A stretch of DNA of 32,000 nt from Mycolicibacterium smegmatis (GCF_001457595.1 NZ_LN831039.1:3480001-3512000), one strand, 5' to 3'; numbered from the stretch's first letter, positions 16,758-25,877 are shown. Notes: generated by a model from the letters alone, not told the origin. Numbers and translations are program-made.

Positions 16758-17351
16758 TTACCGTCTGGGCTCAGCGATGTTTGACAGTGACGTCGTCAGC
16801 ATGGAGATCGCCGTATCGAAGGGACTGATGCTGCGTAGCACTCGGCTCATGATGAGAGCCCCTTCCATGGTTGTCAGGATGTTGATGGCGATGGCGTCGG
16901 CGTCGGCGTCGGAATCGGGCACGGCCTTCTCCACGAGGCGTGCGGACAAGACCGCAATCACGTCGCGAAATCCACGTGAGATCACCGCCGTCAGCGGCTT
17001 TGACGCCGGTGTGGACTCGACGACGATGGGTGCCACCGCACACCCTTCCCGGTAATCGCTCGCCGCGATCTCGTCCCGGAAATAGGCGAGGAAATCTGCC
17101 ACGAACTCCCGTGCGGTATCCGTCCTGCCCGCAGTGCGATTGATGTGGGCGATGACGTCCGCGGTGTACCGCAGCACCACTTCGGTGGCCAATTCTTCCT
17201 TACCGCCGGGGAAATGGAAGTACAAAGAGCCTCTTGGTGCCTGACTCTCGGCGATCACATCGGACATCGCGGTGCCGGTGTACCCGTGCTCACGGAAGAG
17301 TCTGCGCGCAGCGGTGATCATTCGATCCTTGCTGTCGCTCCGTGTTGCCAT
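16758..17351 (-). CDS. TetR/AcrR family transcriptional regulator
   Basis: MATRSDSKDRMITAARRLFREHGYTGTAMSDVIAESQAPRGSLYFHFPGGKEELATEVV. Start at 17351 or 17360. Confidence 0.92.
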   Translation of the reverse strand: MATRSDSKDRMITAARRLFREHGYTGTAMSDVIAESQAPRGSLYFHFPGGKEELATEVVLRYTADVIAHINRTAGRTDTAREFVADFLAYFRDEIAASDYREGCAVAPIVVESTPASKPLTAVISRGFRDVIAVLSARLVEKAVPDSDADADAIAINILTTMEGALIMSRVLRSISPFDTAISMLTTSLSNIAEPRR

Positions 17352-17401
17352 ACCAACCATGGTACATAGCCAGGAACCCCGCCTGACTGGAAAATACCGG
17401 A

Positions 17402-17429
17402 AGTAACTATGGCGTGCAGCATAGTTACT
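17402..17429. promoter_or_regulatory. Candidate TetR autoregulatory operator
   Basis: AGTAACTATG-gcgtgcag-CATAGTTACT, perfect 10-bp arms with an 8-nt spacer, just upstream of the TetR-family gene. Confidence 0.7.
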
Positions 17430-17519
17430 CAGCGTTGCTTCGGTGTACCACACATGAAGACGGACAAGCACATTACGGATGAGCTTGGCAGGCGGCAGAT
17501 CTCCACCGGCGCCGCAACG

Positions 17520-18185
17520 CTATGTCGCAACCTTCTCTATCGGTGCGCCGCAGCAAATCTCGGCATGTGAGCAGTGTTCCGCACATGAACACGCCACCTC
17601 GTAGACGAGAGTCGTATCACAGTGCGTGCACCGGTAGCGGTCTCCCGCTCGGCGCTGGTCATCGGCCCCGGGTTCCGGCAACCACGCGAGCCTTTGGCTG
17701 GGCAACGCCACCGGCATGACCAGCAGCGGTTGGGCACCGCGGAACGGTCTGAGGTAAGGCATCCCCGTGGTGGTGTCGTGTCCGATGCCCTTGGTCAGGT
17801 CACCGGCGCTGCCGGGGAACACCATCATCAAGTGCGGTCCCGCGCGGTACCAGTCTTTGCCTTCAGGCGGGACGGATGCCTCGGGATGCTCGAAGTCGGC
17901 TCCGGCTTCGCCCAACAGCATGTAGGAGATGCCAATTCGGTCGATGGTCGGCGTTTTGCCTGCGAACCAGTCGCGGAACCACTGCATTGTGGTCTGGTCG
18001 CCACACATCGGGGCCGGCCACGGGGTGTCGGGAGGGGTGGGCATGCACGTCCACTCCGGACTCCCTTCCCGCAGGACCGTCATGTCGTAGTCGATCACGG
18101 TGGCCGTCGCGGCAATGTGCGGAGGCGCCGCGCGCAGCGCATCGGCGATCTTTTCCTCGACACTCACTGGGTTCTGATGCGGCAT
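17520..18185 (-). CDS. Hypothetical protein with a C-terminal Cys-rich putative zinc ribbon
   Basis: N-terminal domain plus YRCTHCDTTLVYEVACSCAEHCSHAEICCGAPIEK at the C-terminus. Confidence 0.65.
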   Translation of the reverse strand: MPHQNPVSVEEKIADALRAAPPHIAATATVIDYDMTVLREGSPEWTCMPTPPDTPWPAPMCGDQTTMQWFRDWFAGKTPTIDRIGISYMLLGEAGADFEHPEASVPPEGKDWYRAGPHLMMVFPGSAGDLTKGIGHDTTTGMPYLRPFRGAQPLLVMPVALPSQRLAWLPEPGADDQRRAGDRYRCTHCDTTLVYEVACSCAEHCSHAEICCGAPIEKVAT

Positions 18186-18429
18186 TGCGGTTTCCGTTCT
18201 TCTCGGTGATTTTCATGTGTTTCTGGACCGAGGTGAACGCCGCGGATCCCCGGAGATCATCATATGTAGTGGGCGGGCGCCCCGATATGTGGTCGAACTG
18301 ACGATGAGATCTGACGTCGGGGCGCGAGAGCACAGATCAACGACGCTCGGCCCACCGAGGCGGTAGCCGTTCACGATGCCGTGAGCAGCTACCGATCAGC
18401 GGATTCGGCGGCGCTGCAAGCCATCCGAT

Positions 18430-19221
18430 TCAGCGGCCGACAAACTGCGCCGGCCGGCGTGTGGCGAAAGACTCCAGGCCGATGCGCGAATCCTCGGTGC
18501 CGAAGAGTTTGACGATGGTGGGGACGAGTTCGGCTTCAGCGGCCGCCTCACCGTCCCGCTGGGCCAACCGGGCGCTGCGCAGAGTGGCCTGAACTCCCAG
18601 CGGCGCTTGCGCGGCGATCACGTGTGCGAGTTGAACCGCGCGTGCGATGTGCGCACCATCGTCCAAGACCTCTTGGACTACGCCGATGCGCAAGGCCTCC
18701 GCGCTGTCGAACTCCTCCGCCGTCAGCATCCAGCGCATCGCGTTCCCCCACCCGGCAACACGTGGGAAGCGCAGCGTGGCGCCCCCGAAGGGGTATATCC
18801 CCCTGGCGATCTCGAGTTGTGCGAATGTCGCACTCTTCGAGGCCACGACAATGTCCGAGGCCAGCAACAGTTCGATGCCCAGCGTGAGGCACTTGCCGTG
18901 CACCGCCGTGACGAGTGGTTTGGTCAACCGTCGACCATCCACCTGCCAGGGGTTGATTCCCCCTTCGGGGATCTGCAGCGAGCCGTCTTGCAGGCTGGGG
19001 GCGACGTCGGGGAGGTCGAGCCCGGAGGTGAAGCCCTTCCCTTCGCCGTAGAGGACCCCCACGCGTAGTTCGTCGTCGCTGTCGAGCTTGCCGAGCACCT
19101 CGGCCAACTCGCCGATCATCTCCCTGTTGAAGGCGTTCCGCTTGTCGGGCCTGTTGAGACCGATGACGAGGACAGCACCGTCACGCGTCACGGCCAGGGT
19201 TTCGTAGCGGTCGAAGCTCAT
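18430..19221 (-). CDS. Enoyl-CoA hydratase/isomerase (crotonase) family protein
   Basis: VLVIGLNRPDKRNAFNREMIGELAEVL...GEGKGFTSGLDL...HGKCLTLGIELLLASDIVVASKSATFAQLE. Confidence 0.93.
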   Translation of the reverse strand: MSFDRYETLAVTRDGAVLVIGLNRPDKRNAFNREMIGELAEVLGKLDSDDELRVGVLYGEGKGFTSGLDLPDVAPSLQDGSLQIPEGGINPWQVDGRRLTKPLVTAVHGKCLTLGIELLLASDIVVASKSATFAQLEIARGIYPFGGATLRFPRVAGWGNAMRWMLTAEEFDSAEALRIGVVQEVLDDGAHIARAVQLAHVIAAQAPLGVQATLRSARLAQRDGEAAAEAELVPTIVKLFGTEDSRIGLESFATRRPAQFVGR

Positions 19222-19310
19222 GTGACGTACCCGCTTTCTGATGACGGGGCAGGAAATCAACAGGCGAACGGTCTCGGCGACGCGTTTCGGCCTTCGGTCG
19301 TCAGTGACGC

Positions 19311-19334
19311 GGTCTAGACTAAATCGTCTAGACC
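19311..19334. promoter_or_regulatory. Candidate TetR/NemR-type operator
   Basis: GGTCTAGAC-taaatc-GTCTAGACC, perfect 9-bp arms, between divergent crotonase and tetR-type genes. Confidence 0.75.
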
Positions 19335-19421
19335 AAACCGTCAACAGTGTGCTGTGGAACGCTCTTTACGCCGGTCGCCCTATACTCGGGAGCCGCATGG
19401 GAACGCGTTGAAAGGCGGGAT

Positions 19422-20024
19422 ATGGCCGGTTCGCAGAAGCCTGCACTCCCCCACAAGGAGGCTCTGCTACGCAGTGGAACCAAGTTGTTCTACGACAACG
19501 GGTTTCACGGCACCACCGTCGACGCAGTGCTCGCCGACGCCGGAGTACCGAAAGGTTCCTTCTATCATCACTTCGGTTCCAAGGACGTGTTCGGCCAAGC
19601 CGTGCTCGACCGCTACATGGAGTTTCAACGCAGTCTGTTGGACAAGTGGTCGTCGAAAAAGAACCTTTCGACGCCCGACAGGCTCGCGGGCTACGCGAAG
19701 GACATGGCCCACATGTTCGTCAAATCCGGATACCAACGCGGATGCCTGGCAGGTAAATTCTCGACGGAGGTCGCGGCTTCGTCCGAGGTGTTCCGCGAAC
19801 AACTGAGCTTCCACATCGAAGCGTGGACCACCCAGGTCGCGGCGTTGCTCGCGTCCGGCCAGGAACAGGGTGACGTCCGATCCGACCGATCGGCACAAGA
19901 GATCGCCGAGGCGGTGCTGTCGCTCATCCAAGGAACTTTTGTATTGGCGCTTTCTACTCGAGACAAACACACACTCGCGACGCTCGTGACCACTCTGCGA
20001 CTGCTCGTCGAACCACCGGAGTGA
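19422..20024 (+). CDS. TetR/AcrR family transcriptional regulator (NemR/AcuR-like)
   Basis: KEALLRSGTKLFYDNGFHGTTVDAVLADAGVPKGSFYHHFGSKDVFGQAVLDRY...GYQRGCLAGKFSTEVAASSEVFRE. Confidence 0.92.
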   Translation: MAGSQKPALPHKEALLRSGTKLFYDNGFHGTTVDAVLADAGVPKGSFYHHFGSKDVFGQAVLDRYMEFQRSLLDKWSSKKNLSTPDRLAGYAKDMAHMFVKSGYQRGCLAGKFSTEVAASSEVFREQLSFHIEAWTTQVAALLASGQEQGDVRSDRSAQEIAEAVLSLIQGTFVLALSTRDKHTLATLVTTLRLLVEPPE

Positions 20025-20027
20025 TCG

Positions 20028-20654
20028 GTGATCTCGCAGATGCTCCCGACTGTTGTCACCTATGCGGTGCTGACGGCCAGCCCGGGCCCTGGCAACATGG
20101 CGATCGGAGCCGTTGCCGCGCGGCATGGTCGCCGTCCTGGACTCACCTATGCGGCCGGTCTCCTCGCAGGCGGTTTCGTATGGGCAGTCCTGGCCGCCAC
20201 GGGGGTCTCCACCCTGCTGGTCGCAGCGACGGGGCTGCTCACCGCGTTGAAGATTCTCTGTGCAGCCGTGTTGTTCTGGCTTGCCTGGAAATCGATGCGC
20301 ACCGCATTCCGTGGCAACCACCTCACCGAGGCGCCGGATAGGGACGATGCACCGAACTGGCTGGTTCTTGCACGGCGCGGATTCCTCATGCAGGTCAGCA
20401 ACCCCAAGGCAGTCATCACCTGGACTGCCGTGATGGCGGTCGGACTACACGCTGGTTCCAGGCCCGCAGTTCTATTCGTGACCATCGGCATCTGTGAGAT
20501 CTTGGGTATGACGATCTTTGCCGCCTACGCTCTGATGTTCTCCGTCGGTGTCGTGGCGCGCGGTTACCGACGTGCCTACAGATGGGTCGAAGGCGCACTC
20601 GGGATCGTCTTCACCGCGGCCGGCATACGCCTGCTCACGGCGAGCCGGTTGTAG
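20028..20654 (+). CDS. LysE/RhtB family amino-acid exporter-like transporter
   Basis: LTASPGPGNMAIGAVAARHGRRPGLTYAAGLLAGGFVWAVLAATG...FLMQVSNPKAVITW. Confidence 0.9.
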   Translation: MISQMLPTVVTYAVLTASPGPGNMAIGAVAARHGRRPGLTYAAGLLAGGFVWAVLAATGVSTLLVAATGLLTALKILCAAVLFWLAWKSMRTAFRGNHLTEAPDRDDAPNWLVLARRGFLMQVSNPKAVITWTAVMAVGLHAGSRPAVLFVTIGICEILGMTIFAAYALMFSVGVVARGYRRAYRWVEGALGIVFTAAGIRLLTASRL

Positions 20655-20778
20655 CGGCTCGACGACGCTACCGAAACCCGCTAGCTCGTCGGCGCGATCC
20701 GGCAAAGGTCCGTCGATGGCCAAGAACGTGGGATACGTGTCGTTGACGACATCGCCTGCGCGGTTGAAGCTGGATGAC

Positions 20779-21740
20779 ATGAAGGCAGTAGCAGTCGTCG
20801 GGTTCTCCGGCGTCTAGGCCTTGGACGTCGTCGGCCCCTTCGAAACCTTCACCTGCGCTTCGCGGTTCGTCGACGACGAGACGTGGCAACTCGAAGGTTA
20901 CGAGGTCATGCTCGCCTCGGTCGACGGTCAACCGGTGCCGGCGAGCACCGGGTTGGGGCTGATGGCGTGCCCACTGCCCGATCCCGAGCAGGTGGACACA
21001 GTGGTGATCCCCGGAGGCGCCGGAGTGCGGCAGGCCGCCGCGGATCCGGCCCTGATGGCGTGGTTTCGCGAGGCCGCGGAACACGCACGCCGGATTGTCA
21101 GCGTCTGCACAGGGGCGTTCCTCGTCGCGGAGGCCGGTCTGCTCAACGGCTGCCAGGCGACCACCCACTGGGCGTTCGCCGACGAACTGGCGCAACGCTA
21201 TCCAGAGGTCAGGGTTGATCCGAATCCGATGTTTGTCCGGAGTTCGCGGCAGGTGTGGACCGCCGCCGGGGTGAGCGCAGGCATCGACGTTGCCTTGGCT
21301 CTCGTCGAGGACGACCACAGCACCGAAGTTGCGAAAGCGGTTGCTCGCTGGTTGGTTCTGAGTCTTCGCCGACCCGGTGGCCAAGCTCAATTCGCCGCGC
21401 CGATCTGGACCCCCGCGCTCGGCGAGACGAGATCCGACTCGTGCAAGAGGTTATCGAGGCGAACCCGGCGGCTCCCCACACCATCGAAACCCTCGCCACG
21501 AGTGCGGCCATGATTACCCGTCACTTCACTCGGGTGTTCACCAGTGAGATCGGCGAGGGGCCCGGTGCATACGTCGACCGGGTACGCACACAGGCGGCAC
21601 GCCGTCAGCTCGAGGAGACCACCGACACGGTCGCAGCCATCGCTGCGCGTTGCGGTTTCGGCACGCCCGAGACCATGCGCAGAAACTTCATCCGGCTCCT
21701 CGGCATATCGCCGGACGCGTATCGCAAGGCCTTCACCTGA
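20779..21740 (+). pseudogene. GlxA-type transcriptional regulator (DJ-1/PfpI-like domain plus AraC HTH), disrupted by an in-frame TAG and a frameshift
   Basis: MKAVAVVGFSGV*ALDVVGPFETF...VARWLVLSLRRPGGQAQFAAPIWTP in one frame, then RARRDEIRLVQEVIEANP...HFTRVFTSEIGEGPGAYVDRVRTQAARRQLEETTDTVAAIAARCGFGTPETMRRNFIRLLGISPDAYRKAFT in another. TAG at 20815-20817; frameshift near the C run at 21410-21414. Confidence 0.9.
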
Positions 21741-21778
21741 TCGTGTCGCCGTACGCAAACATCCAGAAAGGCACCACC

Positions 21779-22474
21779 ATGGCTGCGCACAACGCGCCCA
21801 CCCGCATCGCGATGCTGATCTACCCCCGGTTCACCACTTTGGATCTCATCGGCCCGCAACAGGTGCTTTCGGTGCTCCCGAACACCGTCGTCCACCTTGT
21901 CGCCAAGACCAGAGACCCCGTGACAACGGACTCGCATGTGACGATCGTGCCGGATCGCGATTTCGCCGACTGCGAGCGGGAGTACGACGTGGTGTTCATC
22001 CCCGGCGGGCACGGCACCAGCGTCATGGTTCAAGACGACGAAACACTGGACTTTGTGCGGACGGTCGCCGGCAAGGCCAGATACCTCTCGAGTGTGTGCA
22101 CCGGATCGCTGATCCTCGCCGCCGCCGGGTTGCTCGAGGGTTACCGCGCAGCCTCGCACTGGGCCTTTCGAGAGTTCCTCTCCGCCTACGGCGCAATTCC
22201 CGACGATCGACGCGTCGTGATGGACCGCAACCGCATGACCGGCGGCGGGGTGACGGCTGGCCTCGACTTCGCGCTGCAGCTCGCCGCGGTGCTGACCGAT
22301 GAAACATTCGCGAGGACACTGCAACTCGTCTTGGAATACGACCCGGCACCACCCTTCGATTGCGGTACGCCGGAGCGTGCCGACCAGGCCACCGTCGACG
22401 CCGCCGTGACTCGGCTGGCAGGAGGCGTCAGCGCCATGCGGCGGGTCGCCGCCGAGCACGCAGCGATGCGCTGA
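21779..22474 (+). CDS. DJ-1/PfpI family protein, isonitrile (cyclohexyl-isocyanide) hydratase-like
   Basis: MLIYPRFTTLDLIGPQQVLSVLP...VVFIPGGHGTSVMVQDD...YLSSVCTGSLILAAAGLLEGYRAASHW...GGGVTAGLDFAL. Confidence 0.85.
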   Translation: MAAHNAPTRIAMLIYPRFTTLDLIGPQQVLSVLPNTVVHLVAKTRDPVTTDSHVTIVPDRDFADCEREYDVVFIPGGHGTSVMVQDDETLDFVRTVAGKARYLSSVCTGSLILAAAGLLEGYRAASHWAFREFLSAYGAIPDDRRVVMDRNRMTGGGVTAGLDFALQLAAVLTDETFARTLQLVLEYDPAPPFDCGTPERADQATVDAAVTRLAGGVSAMRRVAAEHAAMR

Positions 22475-22511
22475 TCCGCTCTCGCCCCTCGACACCAGAG
22501 ATGGAGAAGTT

Positions 22512-23264
22512 GTGTCCCACAAGAGACTCGCCGGGAAGACCGCTCTCATCACCGGCGGAACCAGCGGCATCGGTTTGGCCACCGCACGGCTTTTCGCCGC
22601 GGAAGGCGCCAAGGTGGCCGTCATCGGCCGGGACGCCGATCGGGTGCAGGCCACGCAGGATGAACTGGGCGACGGATCGCTGGCTCTGCGGGCCGACACG
22701 ACCTCACCCGACGACATGACGGCCGTGGCGGGGCGTATCCAGGATGCGTTCGGCGGGCTCGACGTGTTCTTCGCCAACGCCGGGATCGCATATCCCACAC
22801 CGTTGTTGGAAACCGACGAGCAACGCTACGACGAAATCATGGACATCAACATCAAGGGGGTGTTCTTCTCGATGCAGGCAGTCGCCCCGATCCTCCGCGA
22901 TGGTGCCTCGGTCATCCTGAACACCTCGTTCCTCAATCAGGTCGGCAGGCCGGGCCTGTCGCTGTTGTCGGCATCCAAGGCCGCTGTGCGCTCGTTCGCC
23001 CGCACGTGGTCGGCCGAGCTTCTCGACCGCGGGATCCGGGTCAACGCCATATCGCCCGGCGCAATCGACACCCCGCTGCAGCGCCGGGGCCGCACGCCCG
23101 AAGAAGCGCAGGCGGTCCTGGCCGCTCTCGTGGCCCGCACGCCCGCAGGTCGCGCGGGTGCTGCCGACGACATCGCGCAGGCGGCCTTGTACCTGGCGGG
23201 AGATGAGTCGACCTTCATACTCGGTGCCGAACTCGTGGTTGACGGCGGCATCTCGCAGTTGTGA
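22512..23264 (+). CDS. SDR family oxidoreductase (lacks canonical catalytic Tyr)
   Basis: KTALITGGTSGIGLATARLFAAEG; NAG; GLSLLSASKAAVRSFARTWSAELLDRGIRVNAISPG; LVVDGG. Confidence 0.93.
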   Translation: MSHKRLAGKTALITGGTSGIGLATARLFAAEGAKVAVIGRDADRVQATQDELGDGSLALRADTTSPDDMTAVAGRIQDAFGGLDVFFANAGIAYPTPLLETDEQRYDEIMDINIKGVFFSMQAVAPILRDGASVILNTSFLNQVGRPGLSLLSASKAAVRSFARTWSAELLDRGIRVNAISPGAIDTPLQRRGRTPEEAQAVLAALVARTPAGRAGAADDIAQAALYLAGDESTFILGAELVVDGGISQL

Positions 23265-23428
23265 CCGAATTGCCCTCTGGCGACGGGCACCTGAAGGGAA
23301 GTTCAGGCGGACGTTGATGTCCCGGTTTTCGGGACGGCGGGGTTACGTGGGTCACATCTCAGACCGCAACATGGCCTACGTCGCCGCCCGGCATTCCGCT
23401 CGTTCGGGTCCGTCCGCAAAGGAACTCG

Positions 23429-24667
23429 ATGCTTCTTCACACGGCCCGCTCCACACGAGACGCGGCGAGTGAAACCCGGTCCTATCCAGCCGTGATCGCC
23501 CTGTGCATGGTGATCACGGTCATCGAGGGATTCAACCTGATCGTGTACGGGTCGGTGGTGCCGATGCTGCTGGCGGACGCGTCCCTCGGGGTCACCGATG
23601 AGCAAACTGGCCTCATCGGAGGGCTGGTGTATATCGGCGCCATCATCGGGTCGGTGGCCGCGCCCACGCTGGCGGATCGAATCGGCCGTAAGCGAGTACT
23701 TGTTGTGGCGATCTCCGTGTTCGCCGCAGGCGCGATCCTCACGGGGTGCTCGGTCAGCGCCCTCATGCTGGCTCTCGCGCGCACAGTCACAGGTCTGGGA
23801 ATCGGTGCGTCGCTGACGACGGCGATGACCGTCGCGAGGAACAGCGCGGCAGCCGCCCGCGCGTCGCTCGCGATGACCGTCACGATGGCCGGCATTCCGC
23901 TCGGCGGGGTGATGGCGGCACTGCTGGCTGTTCCGATCCTGCCCGCGTTCGGATGGCGTCCCATGTTCTTCGTCGGAGCCGGTACCGGACTGATCATCTT
24001 GGTGACCGTCGTATTCATGGCGATCCCGACCGACACCCCGCAGGAACTGGCCGGCCGGTTGTGCTCGACCCGCGAGAAACTCGCGATCCTGTTCACCGGT
24101 CGAGGGCTTGTCGTGACGGCAATCGTGGCGGGCTGCGCGATCGCGAACATGGTGTCCTGGCAGGGCCTCAACGTGTGGGCGGCGCAAGCCATGGTGGATC
24201 TGGGCTTCACGCTGCGAACGGCGCTGCTGATGACCTTCGTGCTGACCGCCTCCGCGGTCGCAGGATCGTTCCTCACCGCCTGGGCAGCTGATCGCCGAGG
24301 GCCGGCGGTTGTCGGGATAGCCACTGCGGGAAGCACATTCGTAGGTCTGGCCGGGCTGCTCACGCTCCCGGCGTCGCTGGTCACGGTCGTCGGATGCGTG
24401 GCACTGATGGGAATCGGCGGCCACTCCACGATGAATCTCATCCACGCGACCACCGCGGATATCTACCCGTTGCCGGCCCGTGCATCGGCACTGGGTTGGT
24501 CCAACGGCACATCGTTTGTCGGTTCTTTCACCGGGCCGGTGGTGGGTGGCACCGCCATCGCCACTGGCGGTGCGCATGGCCTGTTCGAGGTCTTCGGCGC
24601 GGCGGCCGCGGTGTGCTTCCTGTCGGTGAGTGCGCTGTACGTGGCGGACCGCCGAGGACGCCGATAA
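23429..24667 (+). CDS. MFS transporter, aromatic acid:H+ symporter (AAHS)-like
   Basis: 12-TM-like; MVITVIEGFNLIVYGSVVPMLL; LADRIGRKRVLVVAISVFAAGAILTG. Confidence 0.88.
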   Translation: MLLHTARSTRDAASETRSYPAVIALCMVITVIEGFNLIVYGSVVPMLLADASLGVTDEQTGLIGGLVYIGAIIGSVAAPTLADRIGRKRVLVVAISVFAAGAILTGCSVSALMLALARTVTGLGIGASLTTAMTVARNSAAAARASLAMTVTMAGIPLGGVMAALLAVPILPAFGWRPMFFVGAGTGLIILVTVVFMAIPTDTPQELAGRLCSTREKLAILFTGRGLVVTAIVAGCAIANMVSWQGLNVWAAQAMVDLGFTLRTALLMTFVLTASAVAGSFLTAWAADRRGPAVVGIATAGSTFVGLAGLLTLPASLVTVVGCVALMGIGGHSTMNLIHATTADIYPLPARASALGWSNGTSFVGSFTGPVVGGTAIATGGAHGLFEVFGAAAAVCFLSVSALYVADRRGRR

Positions 24668-24771
24668 CCCACGGCAGGGACGGATCAATCGGCGAACTCG
24701 GAGACCGTCGCGATCGCTTTCCGCTGACGCCCACGACTTTCCCGTCACGCCCTGCGCCGTAGGCTCACGGC

Positions 24772-24981
24772 ATGCACATCGTGACGGTGGCCAGCGCCGC
24801 GACCACGGCGACGCTGACGATGGGTCTGGCGGCATATGCAGCATTGATCCTCATCAGCATCGCCGTGGCGATCGGTGCCGCCCGCCGGCACCAGCGAGGC
24901 CGGGCGATCGCCGCCGCGGTGACAGTTGGACTGCTCACCTTGGGCGGGCTGGTCATTGCGATTCTCAGCAGCATCGCGTGA
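24772..24981 (+). CDS. Small predicted two-TM membrane protein
   Basis: 69 aa with two hydrophobic segments; fits the gap with no better overlapping ORF. Confidence 0.4.
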   Translation: MHIVTVASAATTATLTMGLAAYAALILISIAVAIGAARRHQRGRAIAAAVTVGLLTLGGLVIAILSSIA

Positions 24982-25010
24982 ACCCTTGCACCGGCAGGAG
25001 GGGCGCTTCC

Positions 25011-25757
25011 TCAGATCGCGGTGGCACCGCCGTCGACGTTCACCAGTTGGCCGTTGACAAAGCTTGAGTCGTCGCAGGCGAGGAAGAGCGCGGCGCTCGC
25101 GACCTCCCTCGGTTGGCCGAGCTCGCCTCGCGGGATCATTCCCTCCATCTGGCCCTTCAACGCAGGAACGTCCAGCAGGGCCTGGATGAACGCGGTCTCG
25201 ACCGGTCCCGGGTTCAGGACGTTGACACGGATCCGTCGGTCCTGGAGTTCGGCGAGCCAGACGCGGGCGAACGCGTGCAGCGCGGCCTTGCTCCCCGCGT
25301 AGACGCTCCATCCGGGCCAGCCTTTGATCGACGCGTTCGAGGCGGTCATGATGATCGAACCGCCGTCGTTGAAGAGCGGCAACGCCTTCTGCACCGCGAA
25401 AAGCGTCCCGCGGGTGTTGACCCGGAAGGTCTCGTCGAACAGTTCCTCGGTGATCGCACCGAGTGGGGCGGTCGGTCCTATCCCAGCATTCGTGTACAAC
25501 ACGTCGACGCTTCCTTTTTCGCGTTCGACGGTCTCGAACAGCCGGTCCAGATCCTCGAGGTCGGCGGCATCGCCCTGCACGCCCGTCACGTTGCGGCCGA
25601 TCGCCGCGACAGCCTGATCCAGCGCCTCTTGGCGCCGACCGGTGATGAAGACATATGCTCCCTCTTCGACGAACAGCTTCGCGCCGGCCAATGCCATACC
25701 GCTTGTCGCACCGGTGATCACCGCCACCTTGCCGTCCAGCTTGCCCATGTTCCCCAC
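25011..25757 (-). CDS. SDR family oxidoreductase
   Basis: KVAVITGATSGMALAGAKLFVEEGAYVFITGR; NAGI; SVYAGSKAALHAFARVWLAEL; LVNVDGGATAI. Confidence 0.93.
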   Translation of the reverse strand: MGNMGKLDGKVAVITGATSGMALAGAKLFVEEGAYVFITGRRQEALDQAVAAIGRNVTGVQGDAADLEDLDRLFETVEREKGSVDVLYTNAGIGPTAPLGAITEELFDETFRVNTRGTLFAVQKALPLFNDGGSIIMTASNASIKGWPGWSVYAGSKAALHAFARVWLAELQDRRIRVNVLNPGPVETAFIQALLDVPALKGQMEGMIPRGELGQPREVASAALFLACDDSSFVNGQLVNVDGGATAI

Positions 25758-25877
25758 TCTCGAATCGATCAGAGCCGCATGCCCTCTGATGGGGACAACG
25801 TCGCCGTGGCACTGGGCGTTCGAATCCCGTCTCCTGCGGCGGATCGAGATTCGCTCCGCCGCAGGTGGACTTGATCG

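Noticed and set aside
20651-20671. GTAGCG-N9-CGCTAC dyad at the end of the LysE-type gene
   Set aside because: Six-bp arms overlapping the stop codon; possible but weak evidence for a terminator, so not listed as a feature.
23303-24844. 513-aa minus ORF, the longest protein-length call in this area
   Set aside because: Antisense to a well-formed MFS transporter; composition (HRD/QRR repeats) is that of a shadow ORF.
24745-25812. 355-aa minus ORF
   Set aside because: Alternate-frame shadow of the SDR gene at 25011-25757, which has complete SDR motifs.
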